Positions 20,133 through 30,045 of a DNA stretch of 31,514 nt are shown piece by piece (position 1 is the stretch's first letter; every line of letters starts with the position of its first letter). The notes beneath the pieces were generated by a model. The model ran no database searches. It was not told the origin of the DNA and was given only the letters and a program-made list of their open reading frames with translations. The translations under genes and the position numbers were made by a program. Where the stretch lies: UHGV virus genome UHGV-0069511; one strand, given 5' to 3'. This DNA comes from a virus.

Positions 20133-21404
20133 TTACGGATTACCGAAGAACTGACCGCCCATGTGAGGGTTAAAGCACACATATGCAGGCAGTAAGTCAA
20201 AGCGCATTTTTTGCACGTTGGCATCGCCATCTGCGTATTTATGTACGCGGATGGAGAAACCTTCATATGTTGCAACAGCAGAATCAATACTGTGCAGTTT
20301 CGGCAGTGGGATAGAGCCAAGTCCACAGAAGAACTTGTTATAGAACAGGTTTGGCTTCATTGTCTGGCTAGCAGTGCCTACTACAGATACGGCATCGCCT
20401 GCCGCTACCTGACGACTTACAGAGTTGTACTGCGGGTTTGTAGTGTCATAAATCGGAACACCAGAAAGCGTAACCGTCACATCGCCACTGCTGTCTGAAT
20501 TAGCATCAGCAGTAACCGTTGCAGTGAAGCTAATTGGTGTGGCTCCGTTATACAACGCCTGTTTGGTCTGCTGTTGCAGCCAGTAGGTATTGGTGAATTT
20601 AACCTGATCACCAGCTTTCAGAAAACCTGTAACGCTGGCTGTCGCTCCGGTCAATGTTACAGTGAACTGGTATGAGTCTTTAACTGCGTTATAGGTAACA
20701 GTTGGCTGTGTTTTGACTGTCAGTGTTCCGCCAAATGCCCCCTGCGTACGAGAGGCAAGCCCATTAGACATCAGTGCGCGAATGCCGCCAAAATTGGTTG
20801 GGATCTGTGCATTCTCCCATGCAGTACGAACCAATTGATCTGAAGCGTGCAAACCAGTCTGCGCATCAGCAAGTCGCTGTGCAGACCATGGATCCATTAC
20901 AGCATAGTTTTCACCTTCATTAACGCCGAGGTCTTTCAGGAAAGATGCCGTCTGCGCAACATCAGACCATTTGGTGATTGGAGTATTGGGGCTACCAAGT
21001 GACAACGCACCGTTATTCATCATGAAGTGAGCAAGCTCTGTTTCAAGGTCGGTAACGATTCGCTGGCGAACCGGCGCGAGAATTTCCTCCAGTTGGTTAA
21101 GCTTGATCGCTTCCTCCAGTTGCTGATATTCAACAGCAACAGTGATGTAGTTACCTACACGCCCCGTAGCTTTACCTGATATCAGGTTGTTTTTATTTTT
21201 CCCTGAAATATCACCAGTGGGAGTACGGAGGGATGAGAATTGATGCGGACGTTTAAAGCTAACGCTATCGCCAGTGCTGGAGTTGATTTCACCTGCCAGC
21301 AACTGACGGTCTACGGTTTTCGCCAGAACTAAATCTGACATAAAACACGGAAGGAATTTTTTCAGAACGATTTGACTGACGTTACTATCGAGATTGTTAG
21401 GCAT
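20133..21404 (-). CDS. Major capsid (coat) protein, Sf6-type
   Basis: 423 aa beginning 'MPNNLDSNVSQIVLKKFLP...'; near-identical over its length to the Sf6 coat protein as recalled. Confidence 0.95.
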   Translation of the reverse strand: MPNNLDSNVSQIVLKKFLPCFMSDLVLAKTVDRQLLAGEINSSTGDSVSFKRPHQFSSLRTPTGDISGKNKNNLISGKATGRVGNYITVAVEYQQLEEAIKLNQLEEILAPVRQRIVTDLETELAHFMMNNGALSLGSPNTPITKWSDVAQTASFLKDLGVNEGENYAVMDPWSAQRLADAQTGLHASDQLVRTAWENAQIPTNFGGIRALMSNGLASRTQGAFGGTLTVKTQPTVTYNAVKDSYQFTVTLTGATASVTGFLKAGDQVKFTNTYWLQQQTKQALYNGATPISFTATVTADANSDSSGDVTVTLSGVPIYDTTNPQYNSVSRQVAAGDAVSVVGTASQTMKPNLFYNKFFCGLGSIPLPKLHSIDSAVATYEGFSIRVHKYADGDANVQKMRFDLLPAYVCFNPHMGGQFFGNP

Positions 21405-21415
21405 TTATCTTTTCC

Positions 21416-22300
21416 TTATTCGATTTTTGCGCCGGGGCATAATTTGTTGAATTCGTCTTGTTTCGCATCAGCACCGCCACCACGTACTTCCGGCTCTGGC
21501 TTGATGGCTTTCTTTGGTTTTGGAGCAAGGCTTACCTGTTTGCTAATCTGCCCCAAGAGGAATGCTGCGCGAATTGGATCTGTCTCAGCGGCTACACGCT
21601 GGCGTAATTGCTGGCTCTTACCTAAGCCATAGGCGAGTAGTTCAGAGCCTTCGTCTGCACAGTGAATGATGATTTCCTGCTGAATTGGTGGTAGCTCACT
21701 AAGAACAATGGCTTCCATTTCCTGATAATCTTTCACAGGAAGTTTGGCTGCCCGTTGTTTATGCGCTTCTACCCTTTGCTGGAAACGCTGCTGGTATTCC
21801 TGTTGCTGACGTAGTTTTTGTTGCTGCTGCTGTTCGACACGGCCTTTTTTCTCATGCCAATCAGTCAATGCCTGTTCAAACGCCTGTTCGTCATAATCAC
21901 ACGACTCAAGAGTCGGTTTTGGTGGAATAGCGTCTGGTTGTGGTTGCTGATGTTCCGCAGGCTTGGCTAATGCTTCCTCAAGCTGGCGTCGCAACTCACG
22001 GTTTTCTTTCTGTGTTTCTTTGAAGCCTTTGCGAAGATCTTTCACCCATTGCGGTGCAGGTTGCCCGTCAATGTGATCATCATCGTCAGCGTTAAGCTGA
22101 ATTTCTTCATCACCAATACGCAAGGCGTAATCTTCTGGTGTCTCTTCGGTTTTTTCAGGATCAGTTGCCATCTCTTTTCCGTTGTCATCCTGGCTTTCAT
22201 TCTCAGGCTGTGACTCTGTTTGGATGATGGTTTCTTCTGCATTTTCCTGTGTTTCAGACAGGTCAATAACCTGACCGTCGATGATCAGTTCGTTTTCCAT
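21416..22300 (-). CDS. Scaffolding protein
   Basis: 294 aa, acidic and Gln/Glu-rich, located between portal and coat. Confidence 0.85.
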   Translation of the reverse strand: MENELIIDGQVIDLSETQENAEETIIQTESQPENESQDDNGKEMATDPEKTEETPEDYALRIGDEEIQLNADDDDHIDGQPAPQWVKDLRKGFKETQKENRELRRQLEEALAKPAEHQQPQPDAIPPKPTLESCDYDEQAFEQALTDWHEKKGRVEQQQQQKLRQQQEYQQRFQQRVEAHKQRAAKLPVKDYQEMEAIVLSELPPIQQEIIIHCADEGSELLAYGLGKSQQLRQRVAAETDPIRAAFLLGQISKQVSLAPKPKKAIKPEPEVRGGGADAKQDEFNKLCPGAKIE

Positions 22301-22313
22301 TGATTACTCCTGG

Positions 22314-24440
22314 TTAACTCGGCATTAAGTCTGCCGGTGACTGTGGTGGTGACTGGAATTGCTGTTGTTGTGACTCGGCGACATCTTTCAGAAGGCGTAT
22401 TACCTCCATCACTGCTTTGTCATCGATGTTTCTGGCTTGAGCCAGTTTATAGACAGTGTTTGCCTGACTCTCCATCGCATCCTGCTGGGCAGTAAATGCT
22501 TTGATTTGAGTTTGAGCAGTTTCGTTAGTTGCTTTTTGCGCTTCTGCCTGCGCTGCTACCATTTGCGCCTGAGCGAGAACCATTTCAGGATTTGGCTGGC
22601 TTTGTGCTGCCATTTGCGCCTGTTGAACAATCTGCTGCTCTTTCTCATTGCGTGGTTTTGCAATACCAGATATCAGCAGTTGGTTTCGGTTGTACTCTTT
22701 GAAGTCATCAAGGCCTTCGCCATCGATATTGTCCAGAATAATACCCTGAATTGCCGGGCGCATTGGGTCTGTTGGAAGCATAGAGCTAAGGACATTTGTC
22801 AGTACAGAAACCGTTGCATCACGTCGTGCTGTGTAGCTTGGTCCAACATCAACCGTCACATCGTATCGACCGACAGAAAGGTCATTTAACGCAACAACAG
22901 CCCCTGTTTGCCTGTCAACAACCTGTGCGCTCAGGACAGCGATATCATCGCTTCCATCTTCGTTAACGATGCGCACTTCACGCTCTGAACCGTACACTTC
23001 ACGCGCCATTGACAGCCATACTTCACCAGCGCGTTTAAGACTTTTCGCCATATTGTCCAGATAGATAAACGAAGCCATATCTGCTCTGTTCATCAAGTTG
23101 TTAACCGTTTCCTGAGCAATATTACTTGGCATCTGCTGCATGGCCTGACTGCCGCCTGTAACCTCCTGAATATCAGCACTGGTTTGCTGTAGTAATGCAG
23201 CCAATGCCTGATTCATAACCGCAGGCTGTGTATATCCTGCCGGGGTAGCTCCAGCGATAATGTTGCCAGATTTATCTCTCACTTCGCGCAACGGCAAGAA
23301 CGCTGGGCGTTTCTTGTTGCGAGCCTCCCAGTGCTTCTCAAGTCCACGAATTTGCTCCATGCCAACTATAGGGATCTGACCGGGGTCTTGCGCTGCAGTA
23401 TCAGCCAGCATTGAAACCTGAAGGTTGTACAAACGCTGTGGATCCATTGCTTTTGCAATGTGCCCTTCGACACGCTCAATGTCATCAATGAACCAGCGTT
23501 TTCCATAAACCGGGATGAGGGGGATATGCTCACCAGGAATACGTCGAGGTTTCTCAAGGAAACCATCACCATCCACTACGGATACATACACACGACGGCG
23601 CTTCACTGAGCGCCTTGCCACTTCCTGAAATCCAGCTATTGCCAGTTCATCTTCAATATCTTCAACCTGATCACTGTCGTATGTTGCAATCTCTCCAGTG
23701 ATTGGATGTCGATAACTGATGACGTCAACAGACTCTTTACGAACTTCGTAATACTTCGCTATGTAAATAACATCTGCATCAAACCAGTCATATTCCCAAC
23801 TGGTCATAGACGTTACATCCAGAGAAGCAGGAGGTTTCTTTCCGTATTCAGCCTCATATTTTTCAGGTGACAACGAATACATGCAGAACGCCCACAACGC
23901 GTCAGATTTGTCGTACTTCTTAGCGTCGGGGTCAAACCACACAGAGCGCGACGGGTCGTATATTGGTTCAATAGCAATACGCTGACGATCGTCCATGGGG
24001 TCGTATTCATTGACCAGCATCGACGTCAAACGGAAGCAACCGAAACCACCAGTAGCAGCGTCGTCAAATGCATTATCGCAAGCCTCACCGCCATCGGTTT
24101 CTTCGTAGTCAGCACGGAACAGACCATTTAATTTATTGGCTAACTCTTCGCTTGCCTCTCTGTCACCAGGACGAAACTTAACGGTGATTCTGTTATTGCG
24201 GTATTCTGCAATGATGCGGTTAAGTTCAGTTGCTACCTTATTGATTTCAAACTTAGGATACTTCTCGAACTGCTCATCAAGCTTAGTTCCAGCCGCCGTT
24301 GCTCCTTCCCATTGACCTCCGGGGACACGAGCAAACCTCGTAGCTTCAATGCACTTTTCGCGCACTTCCTGCTGTGGAGAATAGGCGCGGTCAAACCTGA
24401 GCATGATCCGCTCATGTTTTTTCTCTAATGTCTCTGCCAT
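22314..24440 (-). CDS. Portal protein
   Basis: ORF-track start at 24512 overlaps the terminase gene; ATG at 24440 ('MAETLEKK...') lies 3 nt after the terminase stop and gives 708 aa. Gln-rich C-terminus typical of P22-like portals. Confidence 0.9.
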   Translation of the reverse strand: MAETLEKKHERIMLRFDRAYSPQQEVREKCIEATRFARVPGGQWEGATAAGTKLDEQFEKYPKFEINKVATELNRIIAEYRNNRITVKFRPGDREASEELANKLNGLFRADYEETDGGEACDNAFDDAATGGFGCFRLTSMLVNEYDPMDDRQRIAIEPIYDPSRSVWFDPDAKKYDKSDALWAFCMYSLSPEKYEAEYGKKPPASLDVTSMTSWEYDWFDADVIYIAKYYEVRKESVDVISYRHPITGEIATYDSDQVEDIEDELAIAGFQEVARRSVKRRRVYVSVVDGDGFLEKPRRIPGEHIPLIPVYGKRWFIDDIERVEGHIAKAMDPQRLYNLQVSMLADTAAQDPGQIPIVGMEQIRGLEKHWEARNKKRPAFLPLREVRDKSGNIIAGATPAGYTQPAVMNQALAALLQQTSADIQEVTGGSQAMQQMPSNIAQETVNNLMNRADMASFIYLDNMAKSLKRAGEVWLSMAREVYGSEREVRIVNEDGSDDIAVLSAQVVDRQTGAVVALNDLSVGRYDVTVDVGPSYTARRDATVSVLTNVLSSMLPTDPMRPAIQGIILDNIDGEGLDDFKEYNRNQLLISGIAKPRNEKEQQIVQQAQMAAQSQPNPEMVLAQAQMVAAQAEAQKATNETAQTQIKAFTAQQDAMESQANTVYKLAQARNIDDKAVMEVIRLLKDVAESQQQQFQSPPQSPADLMPS

Positions 24441-24442
24441 GT

Positions 24443-25855
24443 TTACCAACCGGAGGATGAGGGAACGTATATTTCTGTTTCTTCGCGGACCAATGCCGGG
24501 CAATGCATACACATCATCAGCGCATCAGCCAGGTTAGGAGATGGAATACCGAGCTTCTGCTTCATTTCGACCTTAGTCATAAGCTCCAGCTTCCCGTTAT
24601 TATTGAATTTGCGCTGAATCTGCGTCAGTTCTGCAAACAGCTTCTCCAGCATCTTCTCGCCTATCGCTTCTTTGTCGAAACTCAGCATGTCGTCTGGGTC
24701 TGCATACTCACCGTGAACAACCGCCCGATATGTCAGATACAGCCTGTCAGCCAGCGCGTAATAGAATTGTGCTCGCTTATTGCGGAACACATCGCCAATA
24801 GTGCGAACGTTGTCACCCTGTACGACTTCATCAGCCCATGCTCCGGCCTGATACGGCGCATCTTCATCGAATGGCGATTCACTGCCCTTGAACATCGTGG
24901 CGGTGATTTTCTTGCCGGAGAACGCTTCCGTTGTCTGTCTGCGTAGCCCCGCACCGACGCCATCACCATCCCACAGGTAATGGTCAGCGCCGTCTTCAAT
25001 CGCCAGCGAAGTTGCCCAGTCAGCACCTTCATTGATGTCCATCAGCAGGCCTTCGGCAATGCGCTTAACTACCGAACCGTGGCGCGATGCATAACCTTTA
25101 GCATCCGGTCCTGTATCTGACGGGTCATGCGCAGAGACAACAGCGCCTTTCGCCTTCCATCCGAGTTTCTTGTGCGCATCGGTTGCGGCTTCAAGCCATT
25201 CACGTTTGATGATTGCCATATCACTTGCGCTCACTGGCTCACCAAGCCAGATGTGACGATACAGTGTCGGATTTCTGCGTTTACACTCTTCCATCTCCAG
25301 ACGGAGAACTTCAGGAAAGTGCGGGTTGTCGGTGTAGTTCACCGTCAGCAGACAAATATCATCAGGAGGGTTTACTACGAATCGCTGATAGGTATCGTCG
25401 AGGATGTTCTTCGGGTTAAAGCTCACCCATATTTCAGAGAACGGCTTACGGATGGTTGGGATCAGGATATCCCACGATTCCTTTGTTACCGCTTCCGCTT
25501 CTTCCACCCAGCAGATATCAATGCCTTCGAGCGATTTAATCTTCGTCGGGTTGTTTTTTATGCCGTAGAACATGAATTCAGCATTCGTTCCGAGATGACG
25601 AATCATTGAACGCTGAATTTCAAACTCAGCCGAATATCCTTCACGCTCGATGGTGTCTTCAAGCAGCCGGATTACCGAATCGCTGATACTGTTTTGCAGT
25701 TCACGAGCACAGAGGATGCGCACAGGCTGCCGACGCGCCGCTTCAACAAGCAGCCTCGCAATTGCCCATGACTTACCGCTACCTCGACCGCCTTTGGCGA
25801 CTTTGTAGCGATGCGCCTCAATGAACGGTTCAAAGATAGGATTAATCGAGGTCAT
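24443..25855 (-). CDS. Terminase large subunit
   Basis: 470 aa; Walker A 'KGGRGSGKSWA'; start overlaps small-subunit stop. Confidence 0.9.
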   Translation of the reverse strand: MTSINPIFEPFIEAHRYKVAKGGRGSGKSWAIARLLVEAARRQPVRILCARELQNSISDSVIRLLEDTIEREGYSAEFEIQRSMIRHLGTNAEFMFYGIKNNPTKIKSLEGIDICWVEEAEAVTKESWDILIPTIRKPFSEIWVSFNPKNILDDTYQRFVVNPPDDICLLTVNYTDNPHFPEVLRLEMEECKRRNPTLYRHIWLGEPVSASDMAIIKREWLEAATDAHKKLGWKAKGAVVSAHDPSDTGPDAKGYASRHGSVVKRIAEGLLMDINEGADWATSLAIEDGADHYLWDGDGVGAGLRRQTTEAFSGKKITATMFKGSESPFDEDAPYQAGAWADEVVQGDNVRTIGDVFRNKRAQFYYALADRLYLTYRAVVHGEYADPDDMLSFDKEAIGEKMLEKLFAELTQIQRKFNNNGKLELMTKVEMKQKLGIPSPNLADALMMCMHCPALVREETEIYVPSSSGW

Positions 25856-26292
25856 TTTCCGAACAGAGTGCTCATCGGTGATGTTTCAATCTGGATTGCG
25901 CCGCCGTCTTTGCCTGTTAGCTCGTGATCAACCTTGTCGCGCCATTTATCCTTCTGTCGGTTCTTAAGCCAGAAAATGGCAGCGGTTGTATCAGGCGGGT
26001 AATACTTCTCAAGCGGAGTTTCGACAATTCTGTTTTCAATAACACGAATATCGATATCTGGAGCCACGAAGCCCATAGCGCGTTGATAAAGACGATCACT
26101 AACTTCTGCATCAGCGACGGCCTTACCCTTTTTTATGGACTCCGAAAACTTAGGATAATCAAGCTTCCACTTGTTAATAGTTGACTCACTGACTTCAAAG
26201 AAATCAGCAAGCTCTGCATCGGTGTAGCCCAGCAAGCACAGTTTGCGTGCCTGTTCGGCGTACGCCTCTTGATACTTTGTTGGGCGCGCCAT
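25852..26292 (-). CDS. Terminase small subunit
   Basis: 146 aa with N-terminal HTH-like region; C-terminus 'GKDGGAIQIETSPMSTLFGK' as in Sf6-type small terminase (recalled). Confidence 0.8.
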   Translation of the reverse strand: MARPTKYQEAYAEQARKLCLLGYTDAELADFFEVSESTINKWKLDYPKFSESIKKGKAVADAEVSDRLYQRAMGFVAPDIDIRVIENRIVETPLEKYYPPDTTAAIFWLKNRQKDKWRDKVDHELTGKDGGAIQIETSPMSTLFGK

Positions 26293-26294
26293 GT

Positions 26295-26537
26295 TTATGC
26301 TCCGGTAGTAAACAGGTCTAACGCTTCCTTCGATTTACGCACCGCTTCGATAGTGCGGGTCGTGATATCTGAATTAGCGCCGCCTGACTGGAAGTGAATT
26401 TTGAATAGCTCAAGCTTCAGCTCGTCAGTGCCAATGAACTGAAATGCTTCCTCTGCGGCTGCGTTCTGGTTCATGACCAGCTTGTAAATCTCTAACTGGA
26501 ATTTCTGTTCTTCAGTCATGGGAATAATCTCTGCCAT
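26295..26537 (-). CDS. Hypothetical 80-aa protein upstream of terminase
   Basis: ATG start with GGAG SD; no motif. Confidence 0.45.
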   Translation of the reverse strand: MAEIIPMTEEQKFQLEIYKLVMNQNAAAEEAFQFIGTDELKLELFKIHFQSGGANSDITTRTIEAVRKSKEALDLFTTGA

Positions 26538-26765
26538 TGTTGGCTCCGTTTATCCGTTAAAAGGGATATCAGTTAAGTTATCCCGTGTAGGGTATAAGCC
26601 ATTGTCGAGACCATTCATTGAATGGCCTCTGCAATAACCGATGTCTTTCCATCAGTCCGCCACCACAAAGAATCTTTTTTGCCATAAGGCTGGAGATTCA
26701 TCTTTCAGTGGCTGCCAGTGTTATTTCCCCCACTTACTGGCTTGGGTTGTTTCGCGGTGCTGCCG

Positions 26766-27308
26766 TTAATTGGTGAGTCCGGGGATTACGGTTTGCCCGT
26801 GCTGTTCAAGGCGTTCAATTCTAGCCAGCAGCTGTGGCTTCTTAATTTTTCCCCAGCGATTTAGCAGGCGACCTGACATGCTGGCAACATCCTTCTCTTT
26901 CATGTACTCCAGCATTACGGCATTTCGCTCTTCTTCAAATTGACGATTACCAACCTGAAGCATGGCGTACATCCAGTTGAATGCGTTGATGTAAGCAATT
27001 TTGATACGCATTGCTTCTTTTTTGGTGTAGGACATAACCAAAAGCATCAACCCATCCTTACGTAGCCGATAGAATTTTTGTGGCTTACCATTCTGTAACT
27101 CATTGTTTTTATAGCAAACCTCAAAATTGAGTTTTGTATCAAACTCTTCAGGACAAGCAGCGATTGTTCTTTCTACATCACGCACAACGTTGTCATGTCG
27201 CTTACGAAATGCTTTCGCCACCATAAATGAATCGGTGACAGGGTCATTGTTGGTAATAAAAACCAGTTCTTTGAAATCAATGCCGTCAACGATAGTTGGA
27301 TAATTCAT
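26766..27308 (-). CDS. rha: Phage regulatory protein Rha
   Basis: N-terminal 'VTDSFMVAKAFRKRHDNVVRDVERT' matches the Rha family signature. Confidence 0.75.
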   Translation of the reverse strand: MNYPTIVDGIDFKELVFITNNDPVTDSFMVAKAFRKRHDNVVRDVERTIAACPEEFDTKLNFEVCYKNNELQNGKPQKFYRLRKDGLMLLVMSYTKKEAMRIKIAYINAFNWMYAMLQVGNRQFEEERNAVMLEYMKEKDVASMSGRLLNRWGKIKKPQLLARIERLEQHGQTVIPGLTN

Positions 27309-27445
27309 CGGTAATTACCTTTTAGTGATGAACCTTGTCACACAGGATTCCGGCCCACAGAAAGGCACCGATAACCAAACCGGCATCCTCAAGGGTCATC
27401 CTGAAAGGCTCTGTGTTCATAAGTCGCGCGTGTGAAGCGCATTTA

Positions 27446-27469
27446 CTGAGGACATAAAAAAGCCCCGCT
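27446..27469 (-). terminator. Rho-independent terminator downstream of the lysis cassette
   Basis: Minus-strand 'GCCUCGC-AGAA-GCGGGGC' followed by UUUUUUAUG. Confidence 0.6.
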
Positions 27470-27521
27470 TCTGCGAGGCATTTTCCTGAAAGTCACTTGT
27501 TAAATTTCAGTGAAGTTAAAA

Positions 27522-27980
27522 TTATTTTAAGCACTGAGTCCTGGTGTACTCCTGCAGGTAGTTAACCTGCGCGGTTATCCTGTCGATTCCACTTCGGAGA
27601 CGGTAATAATTGAGTTCAGCATCTGCTGTAAGTCCTGGGCTTTCTCCATCGCCCATGCCGCTGGCTCCGGTCGTTGACTTTGCACAGGTGGCGGCGACTT
27701 GCAGGCGCTTACGACCAGCAGAAACATCAGCACGGAGACTTTCGATAGTCGCGTTAGCATCAGCAAGCTCCTTTGTGTATCTTGCGTCGAGTTCTGCTAC
27801 ATCACGTTGACGCTTCCGCATGTCAGCGATGGTGGCGTTCGCCTTCTCCAGTTCACTGGCCTTGTTATCGCGCTGCTCTTTGTAGGCGATTGCGTTATCA
27901 CGGTAATGATTAACAGCCCATGACAGGCAGACAATGATGCAGATAACCAGAGCGGAGATAATCGCGGTTAACCGACTCAT
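27522..27980 (-). CDS. Rz: Rz i-spanin
   Basis: From ATG at 27980: N-terminal transmembrane segment '[20 protein letters not shown]' then coiled-coil region; '[11 protein letters not shown]' as in lambda Rz. Confidence 0.8.
   Translation of the reverse strand: MSRLTAIISALVICIIVCLSWAVNHYRDNAIAYKEQRDNKASELEKANATIADMRKRQRDVAELDARYTKELADANATIESLRADVSAGRKRLQVAATCAKSTTGASGMGDGESPGLTADAELNYYRLRSGIDRITAQVNYLQEYTRTQCLK
27575..27760 (-). CDS. Rz1: Rz1 o-spanin (lipoprotein), embedded in Rz in the +1 frame
   Basis: From ATG at 27760: signal peptide with lipobox 'VSAC', then Pro-rich '[13 protein letters not shown]'. Confidence 0.75.
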   Translation of the reverse strand: MLTRLSKVSVLMFLLVVSACKSPPPVQSQRPEPAAWAMEKAQDLQQMLNSIITVSEVESTG

Positions 27981-28068
27981 GACATCAACACCCCAACGGC
28001 CAGAAACCACGGCCACGCATCGTTGCCATTCAATGCGAGCAACGCTGCCATGAAAAAGCAAATCATGC

Positions 28069-28572
28069 TCATTGCTGCCCCCACAAACAGACTTCACGCT
28101 CAATCTCACGGCGAGTCATCAGCCCTTTCCATTGCTTACCGCCAGCGTATGTCCAGCGACGTAGCTGGTCACATGCGCCATTGATATCGCCCTGGTTGAT
28201 TTTGCGAAGAAGCGTCGATGTTCTGAAATTGCCTGCGCCCACGTTATAGACGAACGAATAAAGAGCGCCGCGCGTTGTTTCCGGTATATCGACTTTGATG
28301 TACGGGTTAATTTGTCTGGCGACCGTGGCAAGGTCTTTATTCAGGAGGGCTTTGCATTCTGCTTTGGTATACGTTTTACCGAGCATGATGTCTTTTCCTG
28401 TATGCCCGTGACATACAGTCCATACACCAACAATATCTTTGTATGGTATGTAGCTGACACCTTCCAGACCATCGTTACCACTTGGCCCAGTGATTAACAC
28501 AGATGCTATAGCAATAGCCCCACCACTTATCGCCGCTATTACGCTATTTCGTAGTGCCGGTGACATTGCCAT
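28069..28572 (-). CDS. SAR endolysin (lysozyme), phage 21 R21-like
   Basis: Gly/Ala-rich N-terminal SAR segment '[17 protein letters not shown]' followed by lysozyme domain. Confidence 0.85.
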   Translation of the reverse strand: MAMSPALRNSVIAAISGGAIAIASVLITGPSGNDGLEGVSYIPYKDIVGVWTVCHGHTGKDIMLGKTYTKAECKALLNKDLATVARQINPYIKVDIPETTRGALYSFVYNVGAGNFRTSTLLRKINQGDINGACDQLRRWTYAGGKQWKGLMTRREIEREVCLWGQQ

Positions 28573-28747
28573 TCAATCTGTCCTCGCGCTCTTTGCGCTT
28601 GTAGTACCAGTTGATGCCAAATGTGCCGACAGTACAAAGAATACCAATGATGACAGCCCAGTCATTCAGGGAGAGAATGCCACCCATCGCAGTCAGTCCT
28701 CCGAAGCTGTAACTGAACCATTCTCTGATTTTGTCCATACGGTACAT
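28544..28747 (-). CDS. Class II holin (pinholin-like) with dual start
   Basis: Two predicted TMDs and charged C-terminus 'KRKEREDR'; in-frame Met codons at positions 1 and 4 ('MYRMDK') suggest a holin/antiholin dual start. Confidence 0.7.
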   Translation of the reverse strand: MYRMDKIREWFSYSFGGLTAMGGILSLNDWAVIIGILCTVGTFGINWYYKRKEREDRLNGNVTGTTK

Positions 28748-28868
28748 GCTCTACCCCTTCATTGAGGGGATTTGCTCTATTTAATTAGGAATAAGGTCGA
28801 TTACTGATAGAACAAATCCAGGCTACTGTGTTTAGTAAACAGATTTGTTCGTGACCGATATGCACGGG

Positions 28869-28904
28869 CAAAACGGCAGGAGGTTGTTAGCGCGACCTCC
28901 TGCC
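28869..28904 (-). terminator. Hairpin with short U-tract downstream of the tRNA genes
   Basis: 9-bp stem GGCAGGAGG/CCTCCTGCC with 12-nt loop, followed on the minus strand by GUUUUG. Confidence 0.35.
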
Positions 28905-28991
28905 ACCCGCTTTCACGAAGGTCATGTGTAGAAGGCCGCAGCGTAACTATCAATGATGAATTCAGGATAGCCAGTGGCTACGGCTCAGTTA

Positions 28992-29067
28992 TGGTGCTGG
29001 TTAACGGACTTGAACCGCTACCCATTCGCTTACAAGGCGACTGCTCTACCATTGGAGCTAAACCAGC
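28992..29067 (-). tRNA. tRNA-Thr (anticodon UGU)
   Basis: Manual fold of the reverse complement: 7-bp acceptor stem GCTGGTT/AACCAGC, D-arm GCTC/GAGC, anticodon loop CTTGTAA, T-loop TTCAAGT, encoded CCA end. Confidence 0.6.
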
Positions 29068-29072
29068 ATATT

Positions 29073-29147
29073 TGGCGGGACAGCGTGGACTCGAACCACG
29101 ATAAGAAGGTTAACAGCCTTCCGTAATGACCTTTATACGACTGACCC
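29073..29147 (-). tRNA. tRNA-Asn (anticodon GUU), slightly aberrant
   Basis: Manual fold: perfect anticodon stem GAAGG/CCTTC with loop CTGTTAA, T-arm CGTGG-TTCGAGT-CCACG, CCA end; one acceptor-stem mismatch and a 3-bp D-stem. Confidence 0.45.
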
Positions 29148-29210
29148 AAATAAAAAATCCCGAAACCGTTGTGCAGGCTCTAACTATTACCTGCGAACTG
29201 TTTCGGGATT
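29148..29210 (-). terminator. Candidate tR' terminator downstream of the late promoter
   Basis: Minus-strand 11-bp stem (AATCCCGAAAC/GTTTCGGGATT) enclosing an inner GCAGG/CCTGC hairpin, followed by UUUUUUAUUU; ends 1 nt before the tRNA-Asn 5' end. Confidence 0.45.
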
Positions 29211-29340
29211 GCATTTTGCAGACCTCTCAGCCTGCGATGGTTGGAGTTCCAGACGATACGTCGAAGTGACCAACTAGGCGGAATCGGTAGTAAGCGCCGC
29301 CTCTTTTCATCTCACTACCACAACGAGCGAATTAACCCAT

Positions 29341-29369
29341 CGTTGAGTCAAATTTACCCAACTTTATTC
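29341..29369 (-). promoter_or_regulatory. Candidate late promoter pR'
   Basis: Minus strand: -35 'TTGACT', 17-nt spacer, -10 'TAAATT', about 55 nt downstream of the Q stop. Confidence 0.4.
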
Positions 29370-29421
29370 AATAAGTCAATATCATGCCGTTAATATGTTG
29401 CCATCCGTGGCAATCATGCTG

Positions 29422-30045
29422 CTAACGTGTGACCGCATTCAATATGTTGTCTGCGATTGACTCTTCTTTGTGGCATTGCACCACCAGAGCGTCATACAGC
29501 GGCTTAACAGTGCGTGACCAGGTGGGTTGAGTAAGGTTTGGGATTAGCATCGTTACAGCGCGATATGCGGCGCTTGCTGGCATTCTTGAATAGCCGACAC
29601 CTTTGCATCTTCCGCACTCTTTCTCAACAACTCTCCCCCACTGCTCTGTTTTGGCTATATCAACCGCACGGCCTGTACCGTGGCAATCTCTGCATCTTGC
29701 GCCCGGCGTCGCGGCACTACGGCAATAATCCGCATAAGCGAATGTTGCGAGCACTTGCAGTACCTTTGCCTTAGTATTTCCTTCAAGCTTTGCCACACCA
29801 CGGTATTTCCCCGATACCTTGTGTGCAAATTGCATCAGATAGTTGATAGCCTTTTGTTTGTCGTTCTGGCTGAGTTCGTGCTTACCACAGAATGCAGCCA
29901 TTCCGAATCCGGCTTGTGATTGCGCCATCCCCATAGCAGCCATCACATCAGTACCGGAAAGAGAGTCAGAAGCCGTAGCCCGTGGTGAGTCGCTCATCAT
30001 CGGGCTTTTTGGCGAGTGAAATTTAGCTACGCTTTCGAGTCTCAT
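29422..30045 (-). CDS. Q: Late gene antiterminator Q
   Basis: 207 aa with zinc-binding 'CRDCHGTGR...CGRCKGVG' and position between the nin region and the late promoter. Confidence 0.75.
   Translation of the reverse strand: MRLESVAKFHSPKSPMMSDSPRATASDSLSGTDVMAAMGMAQSQAGFGMAAFCGKHELSQNDKQKAINYLMQFAHKVSGKYRGVAKLEGNTKAKVLQVLATFAYADYCRSAATPGARCRDCHGTGRAVDIAKTEQWGRVVEKECGRCKGVGYSRMPASAAYRAVTMLIPNLTQPTWSRTVKPLYDALVVQCHKEESIADNILNAVTR

Noticed and set aside
22042-22266. 74-aa minus-strand ORF
   Set aside because: Alternative frame inside the scaffolding protein gene.
26538-26765. Small ORF or terminator in the intergenic region between rha and the 80-aa gene
   Set aside because: Contains a 6-bp-stem hairpin (GGGATA/TATCCC) and a 28-codon ORF without a convincing SD; too weak to call.
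28900-28991. A third tRNA between tRNA-Thr and the holin
   Set aside because: No T-loop or CCA-terminated acceptor stem could be folded; the only structure is a simple hairpin.
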